Positions 1 through 11,180 of a DNA stretch of 64,000 bases are shown one piece after another. The stretch is taken from the sequence record DRR378314_485. The stretch is one strand, 5' to 3'. The translations under genes and the position numbers were made by a program. Numbering within the stretch: the first letter of the stretch is position 1; the number at the start of each line of letters is the position of its first letter. Under the pieces are notes generated by a model. It was not told the origin of the DNA. It made no database searches and was given only the letters and a program-made list of their open reading frames with translations.

Positions 1-996
1 ACGACCAATATAACGGTTTTTCACAAAGCCCTGGCGATAAGGTAAGTCCAGCACGCTGGCTATCTCTAAAGCGATATCACAGCTAGTTTCAGGAATTGGA
101 ATAACCACATCAATATCGAGTTCGCCGTAATCACGCTTTATCTTCTCGCCCAGCTTACGGCCCATATTAACCCGAGAGGCATAGACCGAAATGCCATCAA
201 TAAACGAGTCGGGACGCGCAAAGTACACGTACTCAAAAATACACGGACAATGTATTGGCTTATCAGCGCACTGACGAGAATACAGCTTGCCATCGTTTGT
301 AATATAAATAGCTTCGCCAGGCTCGACATCGCGCATATATTTAAAACCGGTGCCGTCAATGGCAACGCTTTCAGAGGCAACAATGTACTCTTCGCCGTCT
401 TCGGTATCACGTTTACCCAGGGCTAAAGGACGAATGCCCCATGGGTCACGGAATGCAACCATGCCATGACCGAGGATCATTGCTACCACGGCATAAGAAC
501 CACGAACCTGACGGTGAACCGCGGTCATGGTGCGAAAAACGTCTTCTTCGCTCAGCGTTAAACTCTCGTTTTTATCCAGCTCATTGGCAAAAATGTTCAG
601 CAAAATTTCCGAGTCAGAGGTGGTATTAATATGACGACGCGCCGTTTGAAACAAATGTTCCTGAACGTCAGCAGCATTGGTTAAGTTACCATTATGCGCC
701 ATGGCAATACCAAAAGGTGAGTTAACATAGAACGGTTGCGCTTCTGCTGAGCTCGAACTTCCGGCTGTAGGATAACGCACATGACCAATACCGACATTAC
801 CCGACAAGCGGTGCATGTGACGTGTATGGAACACATCCCGCACCAATCCGTTGGCTTTTCTTAAACGCAAAGTACAGTGCTCATCAACTGTCATAATACC
901 AGCGGCGTCCTGGCCACGATGTTGAAGCATGGTTAACCCATCGTAAAGCGCTTGGTTAACAGGCTGCTTACCAACAATACCAACAATACCACACAT
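1..996 (-). CDS. purF: Amidophosphoribosyltransferase, 5' part (runs off the window start)
   Basis: Not in the ORF track. Reading the minus strand from ATG at 996 gives [33 protein letters not shown] (N-terminal Cys nucleophile, QHRGQD motif). Lies directly downstream of cvpA. Confidence 0.96.
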   Translation of the reverse strand, partial: MCGIVGIVGKQPVNQALYDGLTMLQHRGQDAAGIMTVDEHCTLRLRKANGLVRDVFHTRHMHRLSGNVGIGHVRYPTAGSSSSAEAQPFYVNSPFGIAMAHNGNLTNAADVQEHLFQTARRHINTTSDSEILLNIFANELDKNESLTLSEEDVFRTMTAVHRQVRGSYAVVAMILGHGMVAFRDPWGIRPLALGKRDTEDGEEYIVASESVAIDGTGFKYMRDVEPGEAIYITNDGKLYSRQCADKPIHCPCIFEYVYFARPDSFIDGISVYASRVNMGRKLGEKIKRDYGELDIDVVIPIPETSCDIALEIASVLDLPYRQGFVKNRYIGR

Positions 997-1010
997 GTCT
1001 TTTCACCTTT

Positions 1011-1505
1011 TTATACAGGTTGAGGGACTAAAAAACTGGAGCTGTTTTCCAGATAGCTGAAAAACCACTGAATAAATACACCGAAATGAGGAATTAACAC
1101 GGACTCCTTCCACCAGTCACTGGAAGATAACGTAGTAAAAGAGTCTATAAAGAATAATAACGCACTGACAATTAGCACTCCGCGTAAGGCGCCAAACACC
1201 AGACCAAGAACCCGGTCAGTTCCGGACAACCCGGTGTGATGAACTAATTGAGAGAGAATATAGTTGATAATAGCGCCCAGAATAAGTGTCGCTACGAATA
1301 ATGCGGCAATAGCGGCAGCGTTTCTGACCAGCGGATCACCAATTTGGGTAAAGTATACCGCAAGATCTTCGTAGAACTGACTAGCGATGAAAAAAGCTGC
1401 TATCCAGATAGCCAGAGATACGGCTTCTTTAACGAACCCTCTTACCAGGCTGATAAGCGTAGAAAGGCCGATAACAATAATAATGGCGTAGTCAATCCAG
1501 AGCAT
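1011..1505 (-). CDS. cvpA: Colicin V production protein CvpA family membrane protein
   Basis: MLWIDY...RGFVKEA...[13 protein letters not shown] motifs; canonical dedD-cvpA-purF order. Confidence 0.95.
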   Translation of the reverse strand: MLWIDYAIIIVIGLSTLISLVRGFVKEAVSLAIWIAAFFIASQFYEDLAVYFTQIGDPLVRNAAAIAALFVATLILGAIINYILSQLVHHTGLSGTDRVLGLVFGALRGVLIVSALLFFIDSFTTLSSSDWWKESVLIPHFGVFIQWFFSYLENSSSFLVPQPV

Positions 1506-1532
1506 AATGACTCACAATTGCTGGGCTAAAGA

Positions 1533-1549
1533 CGCGGGCGATTTTAACA
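1533..1549 (-). promoter_or_regulatory. Putative sigma70 extended -10 promoter with GC-rich discriminator for cvpA-purF
   Basis: Minus strand reads TGtTAAAAT followed by CGCCCGCG, about 30 nt upstream of the cvpA ATG. Confidence 0.5.
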
Positions 1550-1594
1550 GAATGCGATTCATAATGTGATTTCTTTTCGCATATATTGCAAAAC

Positions 1595-2140
1595 TCATGG
1601 CCGGTAGGTAATGACCTTACCTTCAAGGCCAGTTAGCTCTTTTAACGGCGTCAGTTGCTTTTCTAGTTCTGTTTTTGACGTATCCGGACCAACCAATACA
1701 CGGATCAAAGAACCTCCGGACGTCTCTTGAGAGTATGCGGCAAAGCCTTTTGCCTGTAGCTGTGAAATAAGCCGCTTAACACTATCTTCCTGACTAAAAG
1801 CACCTAACTGAATAACCCAGGCTTTACCATCGACCGCGAACTCGGCTGGCTCACGTGGTGGAGCTTGTACGTTGCTGTCATCCTGAACCGAAGCGGCCTC
1901 ATCTGCCGTTTTCTCAACATCTGATGATGCTTCTTCAACCGTAACGGGTTCTGCTACAGTTGTATCTGATAGAGTTTCCGGCTTCTTCAGCTGCTCCTCT
2001 ACTGCGGGTTTTAATGGAATGGTTTCCATTGGTTCCACAGGCTCTTTCTTTTCGCCATCAAGCACATCTGGAATAATGATTACGGCTAACGCCACAAGTA
2101 TTAAAGTGCCAACGAGACGATTTTGTAGAGGACTGGACAA
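1595..2140 (-). CDS. dedD: Cell division protein DedD (SPOR domain)
   Basis: N-terminal QNRLVGTLILVAL TM anchor; C-terminal SPOR domain (WVIQLGAF...RVLVGP); synteny. Confidence 0.93.
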   Translation of the reverse strand: MSSPLQNRLVGTLILVALAVIIIPDVLDGEKKEPVEPMETIPLKPAVEEQLKKPETLSDTTVAEPVTVEEASSDVEKTADEAASVQDDSNVQAPPREPAEFAVDGKAWVIQLGAFSQEDSVKRLISQLQAKGFAAYSQETSGGSLIRVLVGPDTSKTELEKQLTPLKELTGLEGKVITYRP

Positions 2141-2143
2141 AGC

Positions 2144-3436
2144 TCAAGCTCCTTTTAGATACGCGTTAATTCTCGCTACAGTGTAAAACGAGCCGAAGCC
2201 GAAAACCAGAGCTTTGCCGTCATTCATTTGCCATTGCTGCGCTGCTGTCACTGCTGCTGCAAACGCCTGCTCCACCGATTCAAACAGATAACAGGATTCC
2301 GTAGGTAATTTAGCATTGATCACCAAGTTATCCGCAGTTTCACCACGCGGCTCTGACAGTGAGCCGAGATACCAGGCAGAAGCCTGAGAACTCAATGCGT
2401 TAGCGACACCGGCATGGTCTTTGTCACTTAACATCCCCACAACAGCAAAAATTTTATGTTGTGGATAAAATTTATTCAAATAGCGACTAGCATAAACTGC
2501 AGCCTGCGGGTTATGCGCAACGTCCAGCAAAACTTCAATACCATTAACGGTATCAGACTGCATTCTCCCAGGTAAACTTGCCCGAGTAATACCTTCACGA
2601 ATAGCCGATAAGCTGACTGGTAACGGCAATTGTTCGATAGCCGCAATGGCTGTTGACGCGTTGATAAGAGGCAGTTTTGGTAACGGCAAGTCATTCAATT
2701 GGGTGTTCTGACTACGATAACTCCAGCTTTCATCGTATTCGGTACGATGAAAGTCACGCCCGACTTGATAAAGCTTAGCCCCGATGCGCTCCGCGCTTTC
2801 TGCAATACTGGCCGTTGGACTTGCTTCACCACAAATTAATGGCTTACCCGATCTGGCAATACCGGCTTTTTCATACCCAATGTGCTCACGATTATTTCCG
2901 AGAAAAGCAATGTGGTCGATGCCGATACTGGTGACCACAGCCACGTCTGCGTCAACACAGTTAACCGCGTCTAGACGCCCACCCAGGCCTACCTCAAGAA
3001 TAGCGACATCCGGAGACTGGCGACCCATTAACCAAAGCGCCGCTAACGTACCAAACTCAAAATAAGTTAATGACGTATTGTTACGAGCCTGCTCAATAGC
3101 ATGAAATGCTTTAACGTGTTCGGAGTCCGGCAATTCTTGCGCATTAACCCGAACTCGCTCGCGATACTCGGTAATATGCGGTGAGGTATAAACGCCGGTA
3201 GTGTAACCTGCCGCCTGCAGAATCGTTTCCAGATAGCAAACTGTTGAGCCTTTACCATTGGTTCCGCCAACCGTTATGACCAAAGGTGCCGGCTTTAATA
3301 CGCCGGCATTAGCAGCCACTCTGGCTACACGCTCCAGACCCATATCGATATTTTTCGGATGAAGTTTTTCGAGGTAGGTCAGCCACTCCTGCAGTGATGC
3401 AGTCACTGCAGGAGCTGATGAGGATATCTCCGCCAT
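2144..3436 (-). CDS. folC: Bifunctional folylpolyglutamate synthase/dihydrofolate synthase
   Basis: GTNGKGS P-loop, LEVGLGGRLDAVN, DVAHNP. Confidence 0.97.
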   Translation of the reverse strand: MAEISSSAPAVTASLQEWLTYLEKLHPKNIDMGLERVARVAANAGVLKPAPLVITVGGTNGKGSTVCYLETILQAAGYTTGVYTSPHITEYRERVRVNAQELPDSEHVKAFHAIEQARNNTSLTYFEFGTLAALWLMGRQSPDVAILEVGLGGRLDAVNCVDADVAVVTSIGIDHIAFLGNNREHIGYEKAGIARSGKPLICGEASPTASIAESAERIGAKLYQVGRDFHRTEYDESWSYRSQNTQLNDLPLPKLPLINASTAIAAIEQLPLPVSLSAIREGITRASLPGRMQSDTVNGIEVLLDVAHNPQAAVYASRYLNKFYPQHKIFAVVGMLSDKDHAGVANALSSQASAWYLGSLSEPRGETADNLVINAKLPTESCYLFESVEQAFAAAVTAAQQWQMNDGKALVFGFGSFYTVARINAYLKGA

Positions 3437-4314
3437 TACTCGTTTACACTTACTTCCGTAGCTTCGGTAGAAGGTAAGTTTTGCATTTTCGCCAACAAAC
3501 GGGCAACAGTATCGCGCATATCACGACGGTCGGTAATCATGTCGATAGCCCCATGTTCCAGCAGGAACTCAGCGCGTTGAAAACCTTCCGGTAAGGTTTG
3601 ACGAACCGTTTGTTCAATAACCCGAGGTCCGGCAAAGCCGATGAGAGCTTTTGGTTCAGCAATATGAATATCGCCCAACATTGCCAGACTCGCAGAAACA
3701 CCACCCATGGTCGGGTCGGTTAATATCGAGATGAACGGCAGGCCTTCTTCGCTCATACGAGCTAAAGCCGCAGAGGTCTTAGCCATTTGCATTAACGACA
3801 TCAGAGCTTCCTGCATACGAGCACCGCCGGAGGCAGAGAAACATACCAGCGGAATACGATGCTTAAGGCAGACTTCGGCAGCCAGTACAAACTTAGCCCC
3901 TACCACCGATGCCATGGAGCCGCCCATAAAGTTAAAGTCAAAGGCAACCGCGACTAGAGGAACGCCTTTTACGGTACCTTTCTCGGCAATTAGGGCGTCG
4001 TTCTCACCCGTGCTTTTTTGCGCGGCAGCAATACGGTCTTTGTATTTTTTGGAATCTTTAAAGCGCAGAACATCTTTTGGCTCTAAATCTGTGCCTATTT
4101 CTTCGCGATTGTCTTTATCCAGAAAAATATCTAAACGGCTGCGCCCGGTAACCCGCATGTGATGATCACACTTAGGGCAAACGTTAAGGCTGCGTTCTAA
4201 ATCAGCCTTATAAATAATATTGCCACAGGCCGTGCACTTGCTCCACACGCCCTCTGGAACGCCACGTCGTTTGTTAATTTTTGGCTTCGCAAGAATTCTT
4301 TCTATCCAGCTCAT
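3436..4314 (-). CDS. accD: Acetyl-CoA carboxylase carboxyltransferase beta subunit
   Basis: Zn finger CTAC...[29 protein letters not shown]. Confidence 0.98.
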   Translation of the reverse strand: MSWIERILAKPKINKRRGVPEGVWSKCTACGNIIYKADLERSLNVCPKCDHHMRVTGRSRLDIFLDKDNREEIGTDLEPKDVLRFKDSKKYKDRIAAAQKSTGENDALIAEKGTVKGVPLVAVAFDFNFMGGSMASVVGAKFVLAAEVCLKHRIPLVCFSASGGARMQEALMSLMQMAKTSAALARMSEEGLPFISILTDPTMGGVSASLAMLGDIHIAEPKALIGFAGPRVIEQTVRQTLPEGFQRAEFLLEHGAIDMITDRRDMRDTVARLLAKMQNLPSTEATEVSVNE

Positions 4315-4405
4315 ACTATTCCGCCCAAAGGCTGTTATTAGTCAATTTGATGTAGCTTACATGGTACCACAAATGGGTCAAGCAAAGAGGTCATAACAGT
4401 GACTC

Positions 4406-5191
4406 TTAATCGCCTAGCCACAAAGGTCCCAGTGGAGCATCGGGTATATTATAGTGTTCCGGGTAAGTTACTGCCACCAGGTAAAGTCCGCCGGGTTTCG
4501 CTGTAGCTGCAGCCTTGGTGCGGTCTTTCTGTCTTAACAATTCGCCAATCCAGTCCGGTGGCTGCAGGTGCTGACCAACAACGATCAAACTGCCGACGAT
4601 ATTTCGCACCATGTGGTGCAAAAAGGCATTCGCCGAAATATCCACGATAATATAGTCGCCACGGCGTTCAACCGTTAAATCGGAAACCTTACGAAACGGG
4701 GTATGCGACTGGCAATGAGATGCCCGGAATGCAGTAAAGTCGTGTTCACCGACTAGCGCCTGAGCAGCTTCTTGCATAACTTCAGCGTCAAGTGGTTGAT
4801 GATAATGACTGACCCCTGCCGAATGGATACCCGGACGGAATCTTGTATTGGCAATAATATAACGGTAACGTCGCGACGTAGCGCTAAACCGCGCACTGAA
4901 CTCACTGTCAACTTCCTGCGCCCAGCGCACAGCAATACCAGCGGGCAGATTACTGTTCACTCCTAACGTCCAGGCAACATCAGCTCTTGGTACCGGGACA
5001 TCAAAATGCACGATCTGTGCGGTAGCATGAACACCAGCATCCGTTCTGCCGGCACAAGTTACCTCAACAGGCGCATTCGCTATTTTACTCAAAGCCTCTT
5101 CAACACACTGCTGAACACTGGCTACTTCACGTTGTCGTTGCCATCCATAATAACGACTGCCGTCGTATTCAAGGCATAAGGCCATTCGCAT
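4406..5191 (-). CDS. truA: tRNA pseudouridine(38-40) synthase
   Basis: [35 protein letters not shown]. Confidence 0.98.
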   Translation of the reverse strand: MRMALCLEYDGSRYYGWQRQREVASVQQCVEEALSKIANAPVEVTCAGRTDAGVHATAQIVHFDVPVPRADVAWTLGVNSNLPAGIAVRWAQEVDSEFSARFSATSRRYRYIIANTRFRPGIHSAGVSHYHQPLDAEVMQEAAQALVGEHDFTAFRASHCQSHTPFRKVSDLTVERRGDYIIVDISANAFLHHMVRNIVGSLIVVGQHLQPPDWIGELLRQKDRTKAAATAKPGGLYLVAVTYPEHYNIPDAPLGPLWLGD

Positions 5192-5202
5192 ACTACTTTA
5201 TC

Positions 5203-7560
5203 CTACGAATCTAGTTTCTGTTGCAGCGTCTTAGCTTCATTTGCCAGCGCTTCATCATCACCTTCTGCTAATTGCTGAAGAATCTCCCGAGCTTCGTCCT
5301 CTTCGCCCATTTCAATATAGGCTCTGGCAAGATCAAGCTGACCCGACGGATCATCATCTTGTGGAGCCCCTTCGGCATCTCCAGATTCATCATCCGGTAA
5401 AACGTCTTTTACTGCCGACGACTGATAGCGATCACTGTCTTCGTCTTCCTCATCGGCATCCGCCATTAAGGAGTCAATATCCACAAATTCATCGTCGTCG
5501 GTAGCGCTAAATGCATCAGTTTCGGCTTCGCTTCCGGTGTCGTTTTCTTCTGTAGCCGGCTCATCTTCATCGACAATATTATCCGCATTATCGGAACCAC
5601 CAAATAGCGACTCTAAGTCTTTGTCCGCTTCATCTTCAGCCTGATCAAGTTCCGCATCATCGTCGGGAACTTCTTCTTCAAGATCATCCAGGTCGTCCAG
5701 TGACTGCGTCAACTCATCCGACTCTTGTAACAACTGTTCCAGATTATCTTCTTCGGAGTCTTCTTCTACAGGCTGGCTTTCCTCCTGCGAGGTTAGCTCG
5801 GTTTCTTCCGCTTCGGCAGCCTCTTCTGATTGAGCCTCATCAGCTTCTGGTTCATCTTCGGCTTCGGAGCCCCCTGTTTCTAAACTTTCCGCTTTCTCAC
5901 TTTCCGGCTCATCGGCTTCGTTTTCCGCAAGACCCAACTCAGCGAGAACATCATCAACCTCGCTGTCGTCAAAGTCATCCGGCAACAAGTCGTCACTTTC
6001 CTGGTCTGAATCAGTTTCGCCTTTGTCAGGCTTATCATCAACTGCACGCTCATCGTCGCTGTCAGCTTCTTCAGGAGTTTCTGAAGGCGCGTTGTCGGAC
6101 AAAATGTCATCGATATCATCGACGTCAGCTACTGCAGACTCTTCTTCTGTTGCTTCACCTTCTTGCTCAGTATTTTCTGAAACAGGTTCATCAGCATCTG
6201 CACTCGATGACTCCGGAGACTCTTCTTCATCAGTGACGGAAAGGTCAATTGCCTGTTCATCATCATCGTCGGCTTCGCCAAATAAACGATCCAGTTCATC
6301 CTGAGACAATTCACTAGACTCTTCGTCTTCTTCATCCGGCAATACAGCCTGATCATCGTCGTCTAAATCGTCTTCTACAGCCGGTTCAGTTTCGGCTTCC
6401 GGCTTCGGTTCTTCCTTCCTGGCATCGTCTTTTCCATCGTCAAGACGAACGCTCAAATCAGCGGCTTCCGGCTCATCCGAATTTCCGGTTAACTCAGCCT
6501 CTAGCGCACTTAAGTCGTCACCTTCGTCATCAGTGCTTTCTTCACCATCAATATCGAATAAGCCATCTGTACTGTCGTTAGGTACATCTCCCAGCAGTTC
6601 TTTATCGAGTTCAGCGGCGGCTTCTTCTTCAGTAAGCTCTTTACTGCTCTTTTCTTCCGCCTCTTCATCTTCCTCTACCGGTTTGGCTGAACGGCGCAAA
6701 AAGAAAAACACAATAAGACCGATAATAAGCAGTGCCGGTAATACTGATACAAGCAACATATTCAAAGGACTTTGCAACCAGTCGGAAAACCCGGACTCCT
6801 GCTCCAGCTCTTCTCTGGGCTGCTGTTCAAGCAGCTCCCGTTGTTGAGCTAATACCTGTTGAAACTGAACTTCCAGTTCATCGGTTTTGCTCACATTATT
6901 GGCAAGCTCATCTAAACGCGACGCTAATGCGTCGATACGCTCCTGCAGAGACTTATTCTCTTCATACATGCGCTCAACCGCCTGCATGGACTGCTGCATA
7001 TCAGAGCGCAACTCCTGAAAGTTTTGTTCCTGTCGCTGTTCAACTTCCTGAATGGTTTGTTCGGCTTTCTCCCGGGCCTGCTCAAGTAACTCCTGCTGTT
7101 CAGCGCGAGTTTTCTGAGTGTCCTGCCGAGCTTGCGAGAGTTGTTGAGACTTGGTTTTTAATTGGCTATCTACCACGACTTGCCGACGAGCGGCTTCGGG
7201 GTTAACCATTTTAATTTCTTGCAAAGAGGGAATGCGCAGATAAAAACCGTCGAGCATACGATTCATATTACCATCGACGAAGGCATCGTCATTAGCCTGC
7301 ACAATAGCAACCATAGTTTGATACTGAGTTACACTAGAGTGGGGCTTATAACGCCGTGCAATATCCCACAACGTATCGTTGTTGCTAATAGGCCCATAGC
7401 GCTCCTGGCCGATACGCACATCGGTTGCTTCTGAGCCTTTCTCGCCTTTTATGACAACACCATCCTGCCAGCCTGCTGCAGCGACAGTCATGCTGCCGGA
7501 CAACACCATGGCTGCCAGCGAGAAGTATCTCAGTACCTGCACTATCTTGGTTTTTCTCAT
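5203..7560 (-). CDS. fimV: FimV/HubP family polar landmark protein
   Basis: Signal peptide, LysM-like domain (DTLWDIA...AIVQAN...LRIP), coiled coil, one TM helix, very acidic cytoplasmic region, FimV C-terminal motif LDLARAYIEMGEEDEAREIL; asd-fimV-truA synteny. Confidence 0.92.
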   Translation of the reverse strand: MRKTKIVQVLRYFSLAAMVLSGSMTVAAAGWQDGVVIKGEKGSEATDVRIGQERYGPISNNDTLWDIARRYKPHSSVTQYQTMVAIVQANDDAFVDGNMNRMLDGFYLRIPSLQEIKMVNPEAARRQVVVDSQLKTKSQQLSQARQDTQKTRAEQQELLEQAREKAEQTIQEVEQRQEQNFQELRSDMQQSMQAVERMYEENKSLQERIDALASRLDELANNVSKTDELEVQFQQVLAQQRELLEQQPREELEQESGFSDWLQSPLNMLLVSVLPALLIIGLIVFFFLRRSAKPVEEDEEAEEKSSKELTEEEAAAELDKELLGDVPNDSTDGLFDIDGEESTDDEGDDLSALEAELTGNSDEPEAADLSVRLDDGKDDARKEEPKPEAETEPAVEDDLDDDDQAVLPDEEDEESSELSQDELDRLFGEADDDDEQAIDLSVTDEEESPESSSADADEPVSENTEQEGEATEEESAVADVDDIDDILSDNAPSETPEEADSDDERAVDDKPDKGETDSDQESDDLLPDDFDDSEVDDVLAELGLAENEADEPESEKAESLETGGSEAEDEPEADEAQSEEAAEAEETELTSQEESQPVEEDSEEDNLEQLLQESDELTQSLDDLDDLEEEVPDDDAELDQAEDEADKDLESLFGGSDNADNIVDEDEPATEENDTGSEAETDAFSATDDDEFVDIDSLMADADEEDEDSDRYQSSAVKDVLPDDESGDAEGAPQDDDPSGQLDLARAYIEMGEEDEAREILQQLAEGDDEALANEAKTLQQKLDS

Positions 7561-7639
7561 CCTTTAGTCTCTGCCCGCGCTTTGCTCTTATCTTTAACGG
7601 CGTTCGTTAAAAAAACTTTATGACATACAGCTGCTTAAA

Positions 7640-8656
7640 TTACCAGTAATCACGAATTAAAGTTTCTGCAATTTGTATGCTGTTGGTTGCCGCACCTTTG
7701 CGTATGTTGTCCGATACAACCCACAGGTTAAGTCCGTTAGGGTGGCTGATATCTTCCCGTACCCGCCCTACAAAGACATCGTCATTGCCAGCGGCATTTC
7801 CCACTTGAGTCGGAAACTCCTCGCGCTGCTCCATTAAAGTAACACCTGGGGCTTCACTTAACAGCTGTTTTGCATACTCGGCTGTAATTGGCTGTCGCGT
7901 TTCAATGTGAATGGCTTCTGCGTGTCCGAAAAATACAGGAACCCTTACCGCCGTGGGATTCACCCGAATACTGGGGTCATTAAATATCTTTTGGGTTTCC
8001 CACACCATTTTCATTTCTTCTTTGGTGTAATCATTCTCCTGAAAAACGTCTATTTGAGGAATGCAGTTGAAAGCAATTTGTCGACTGAAGTTCGCTACCG
8101 TCGGCTGCTTACCGTTTAAAAGTTCTGCTGTCTGCTTTGCCAGCTCTTCCATCGCTTCTTTACCAGCGCCAGATACCGACTGATAGGTACTGACATTAAT
8201 ACGCTCAATACCAACCGCATCATGAATAGGCTTCAGTGCAACCATCATTTGAATGGTCGAGCAATTCGGGTTAGCAATAATATTGCGGTTTCTGAAATCG
8301 GCTAGCGCCCAGGCATTAACCTCCGGCACCACCAAAGGAATATCCGGCTCGTAGCGATATTCAGAGGTGTTATCAATAACCACACAGCCTGCTTCAGCAG
8401 CTTTGGGGGCGAACTCGCGTGAAATTGAACCGCCCGCTGAAAAGAACGCGATATCAGCATTAGACCAGTCGAACTCACCAGCATCTAACACTTCTATTTC
8501 TTCGCCATTAAAATCAACTGTCGCGCCAACAGAACGGGCACTAGCTAAAGGGAAAAGTTCTGCCACCGGGAATTTTCGCTCAGCTAAAATTTCTATCATT
8601 TGCTGGCCCACTAAACCTGTTGCACCTAATACAGCAACGCGAAACCCATGTGACAT
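7640..8656 (-). CDS. asd: Aspartate-semialdehyde dehydrogenase (Asd2/Usg type)
   Basis: GATGLVG NAD-binding motif, ANPNCST catalytic Cys, RVPVFFGH, DNIRKGAA. Confidence 0.93.
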   Translation of the reverse strand: MSHGFRVAVLGATGLVGQQMIEILAERKFPVAELFPLASARSVGATVDFNGEEIEVLDAGEFDWSNADIAFFSAGGSISREFAPKAAEAGCVVIDNTSEYRYEPDIPLVVPEVNAWALADFRNRNIIANPNCSTIQMMVALKPIHDAVGIERINVSTYQSVSGAGKEAMEELAKQTAELLNGKQPTVANFSRQIAFNCIPQIDVFQENDYTKEEMKMVWETQKIFNDPSIRVNPTAVRVPVFFGHAEAIHIETRQPITAEYAKQLLSEAPGVTLMEQREEFPTQVGNAAGNDDVFVGRVREDISHPNGLNLWVVSDNIRKGAATNSIQIAETLIRDYW

Positions 8657-8665
8657 GCTAACTCC

Positions 8666-9811
8666 TTACTTAGACAATAGCCGGGCACTAAAGCCCAACT
8701 GTAAAAACTGGATATATTGCTCGCTATTATGGCATGTAACGACCTGATTAATGAACTCTCTGCGCGGGCTTTCTTTGCGATAATTGCGCCGTAAACTATC
8801 AAAACCTTCGGTAGTGAGACCCCGTTGTCGGAAAAGTTCATCGTCCCGGGACAAGTCGTAGTGTTCTTTTGCCCACCTGTTGAGCGCGTCCAATGAGTGC
8901 AACTCACGTGCGTCACAGTGACTCCAGGCAATTGCGGGCAACACATCAGACAAAGTTTTAGCGGCAGGTTTGTTAAAGTGTTCCAACAATACATTTGCAA
9001 TCATCACAGCTCCCCCGACTTTACCTTCCAGACTGTGCCCGGCAATGTGTGGAGTTGCGATATCAACATAAGGCACTAAGCCTGACAATACTTCGGGCTC
9101 ATTCTCCCATACATCCAGCACCAGCGATGGCCGCTCCCCCTGCTCCACACGCTCCAGTAAGGCATTATTGTCGATAACCGCACCCCGGCTGGCATTAATT
9201 AGTAACTGCTGCGAATGCAGTGACTGCAATGCCGTATTTTCAAACAAATGCTGAGTTGGGAAATCGCCGTCCCGCGTCAAAGGGACATGGCAGGAGATAA
9301 TATCGGCCGTTAGTACACGCTGCCAATGGTCATGTACAAACTTAACGCCTTTTTTACACAAGGGCGGATCATAATAATGAACATTGAGTCCCAGAGCTTC
9401 CAGCCTCTTTCCGGCGGCTTTTCCCGTATGCCCGGCACCAACAATGGCAACATCGATTTCGTCAGCTACATACCGGGGTTGGTCACTTAACCAATTGAGC
9501 ACCGCGCACAAAACATACTCACCAACTGATTGCGCATTCGCCCCCGCCGCGTGGGCAAACCCAATGCCCCGCTCTTTTAAAGCCTGAAGATTGATATGCT
9601 CAGTGCCAATGGTTGCGGACGCAACAAATTTAAGTTTAGGAGCTTGCTCTAAGAGAGATTCATCAACTTGAGTCACAGAACGCACGAGTAAAGCATCAGC
9701 TTCTGCCAACAGTTTCTGCGGAGGGATTCGTTCAGAAAAGTAGGAAAGTGTTCCCGCACCCGACAATAAGTCGGAAAGTGCGGGAATATTCTGATCGGCA
9801 ACGATTTTCAT
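8666..9811 (-). CDS. pdxB: Erythronate-4-phosphate dehydrogenase
   Basis: MKIVADQNIP, LLVRSVT, SATIGTEH, LDVWENEP, TPHIAGHSLEGK; synteny. Confidence 0.95.
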   Translation of the reverse strand: MKIVADQNIPALSDLLSGAGTLSYFSERIPPQKLLAEADALLVRSVTQVDESLLEQAPKLKFVASATIGTEHINLQALKERGIGFAHAAGANAQSVGEYVLCAVLNWLSDQPRYVADEIDVAIVGAGHTGKAAGKRLEALGLNVHYYDPPLCKKGVKFVHDHWQRVLTADIISCHVPLTRDGDFPTQHLFENTALQSLHSQQLLINASRGAVIDNNALLERVEQGERPSLVLDVWENEPEVLSGLVPYVDIATPHIAGHSLEGKVGGAVMIANVLLEHFNKPAAKTLSDVLPAIAWSHCDARELHSLDALNRWAKEHYDLSRDDELFRQRGLTTEGFDSLRRNYRKESPRREFINQVVTCHNSEQYIQFLQLGFSARLLSK

Positions 9812-9832
9812 CGAAATAACCGATCTAGTCGA

Positions 9833-11047
9833 TTATTCAGAGTATTGGCGCATCACTAACGATGCGTTTGTACCACCGAAGCCAAAGCTATTAGACATAA
9901 CCGTTCTAAGTGGTGCTTCAGTCGTCTGCTGAATAATGTTCATGCCGTCGGCTTTTTCATCCAACGCTTCAATATTGATTGAAGGTGTAACAAAACCATT
10001 CTTAAGCATAAGCAGAGAGTAAATAGCTTCGTGCACACCAGCTGCGCCCAGAGCATGGCCTGTCATTGCTTTAGTAGCACTAATCATCGGCGTTTTCTCT
10101 GGGAAAACTTCACGAATAGCTTCTAACTCTTTAACGTCACCAACCGGTGTACTGGTACCGTGAGTATTCAGATAGTCGATTGGAGTATCCACCGTTTCCA
10201 TTGCCATTTTCATGCAACGAACAGCGCCTTCACCCGACGGAGCTACCATATCGTAACCGTCTGAAGTCGCACCGTAACCAACAATTTCACCGTAAATTTT
10301 GGCGCCACGAGCTTTTGCCGCTTCCAATTCTTCAATAACCAGAATACCGCCACCACCAGCAGGTACAAAACCGTCTCGCCCCTGGTCGTAGGTACGTGAA
10401 GCTTTTTCAGGCGTATCATTGTACTTAGTACTTAATGCGCCCATAGCGTCAAATTCCATGCCCAGGGTCCAGTGCAGTTCTTCACCACCGCCGGCAAATA
10501 CTCGGTCTTGTTTACCGAACTGAATTAATTCCAGCGCATGACCGATACAGTGCGCAGAGGTTGCACAAGCAGAACTAATTGAATAGTTAACACCTTTAAT
10601 TTTAAAAGGTGTTGCCAGGCAAGCTGAAGTCGTTGACGCCATGCAACGAGGTACCATGTAAGGGCCAACTTTTTTCACGCCACGTTCACGCAAAATATCA
10701 GCTGCTGCAACCTGATGTTCACCAGAAGCGCCACCGGAACCAACAACTAACCCCGTACGCGGGTGAGAAACTTGCTCTTCGGTTAAGCCTGAATCCTCGA
10801 TAGCCTGAGCCATTGCGATATAGGCATAAGCCGCCGAATCGCCCATGAAACGCAACGCTTTGCGGTCAATATGGTCTTTAGGATCTAACTTAACTTCGCC
10901 CCATACCTGACAACGCAAGCCCATTTCAGCAAAAGATTCTGAACGGGTAATACCCGATTTGCCGGTACGTAATGATTCCAGCACTTCTTCTTGATTGTTC
11001 CCGATACTTGATACAATACCAAGTCCGGTGATAACAGCTCTTCTCAT
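9833..11047 (-). CDS. fabB: 3-oxoacyl-ACP synthase I
   Basis: [13 protein letters not shown] start (ATG 11047 preferred to the ORF-track start at 11161), [31 protein letters not shown]. Confidence 0.97.
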   Translation of the reverse strand: MRRAVITGLGIVSSIGNNQEEVLESLRTGKSGITRSESFAEMGLRCQVWGEVKLDPKDHIDRKALRFMGDSAAYAYIAMAQAIEDSGLTEEQVSHPRTGLVVGSGGASGEHQVAAADILRERGVKKVGPYMVPRCMASTTSACLATPFKIKGVNYSISSACATSAHCIGHALELIQFGKQDRVFAGGGEELHWTLGMEFDAMGALSTKYNDTPEKASRTYDQGRDGFVPAGGGGILVIEELEAAKARGAKIYGEIVGYGATSDGYDMVAPSGEGAVRCMKMAMETVDTPIDYLNTHGTSTPVGDVKELEAIREVFPEKTPMISATKAMTGHALGAAGVHEAIYSLLMLKNGFVTPSINIEALDEKADGMNIIQQTTEAPLRTVMSNSFGFGGTNASLVMRQYSE

Positions 11048-11180
11048 TCTATAATCCTGTCTGACATTGCTACGTCGATATCTTACCAACGTCGTGTGTG
11101 AATGTGGTCTGCTTTGTCCACTGTTGTTCGTAAAGTTGTTATTATAGCGGTCATCAACCAATAAATCATGGGATAGCCGC

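Noticed and set aside
1506-1594. PurR box upstream of cvpA-purF
   Set aside because: There is no convincing match to the ACGCAAACGTTTGCGT-type consensus.
5241-7434. Several Ser-rich or His/Leu-rich ORFs overlapping fimV
   Set aside because: These are shadow frames produced by the Asp/Glu-rich low-complexity codons of fimV, with no RBS or domain evidence.
11048-11180. Canonical FadR or full FabR site at fabB, and the ORF-track N-terminal extension of fabB
   Set aside because: Only weak partial matches are present. The extension covers the promoter region, and homology begins at MRRAVITG.
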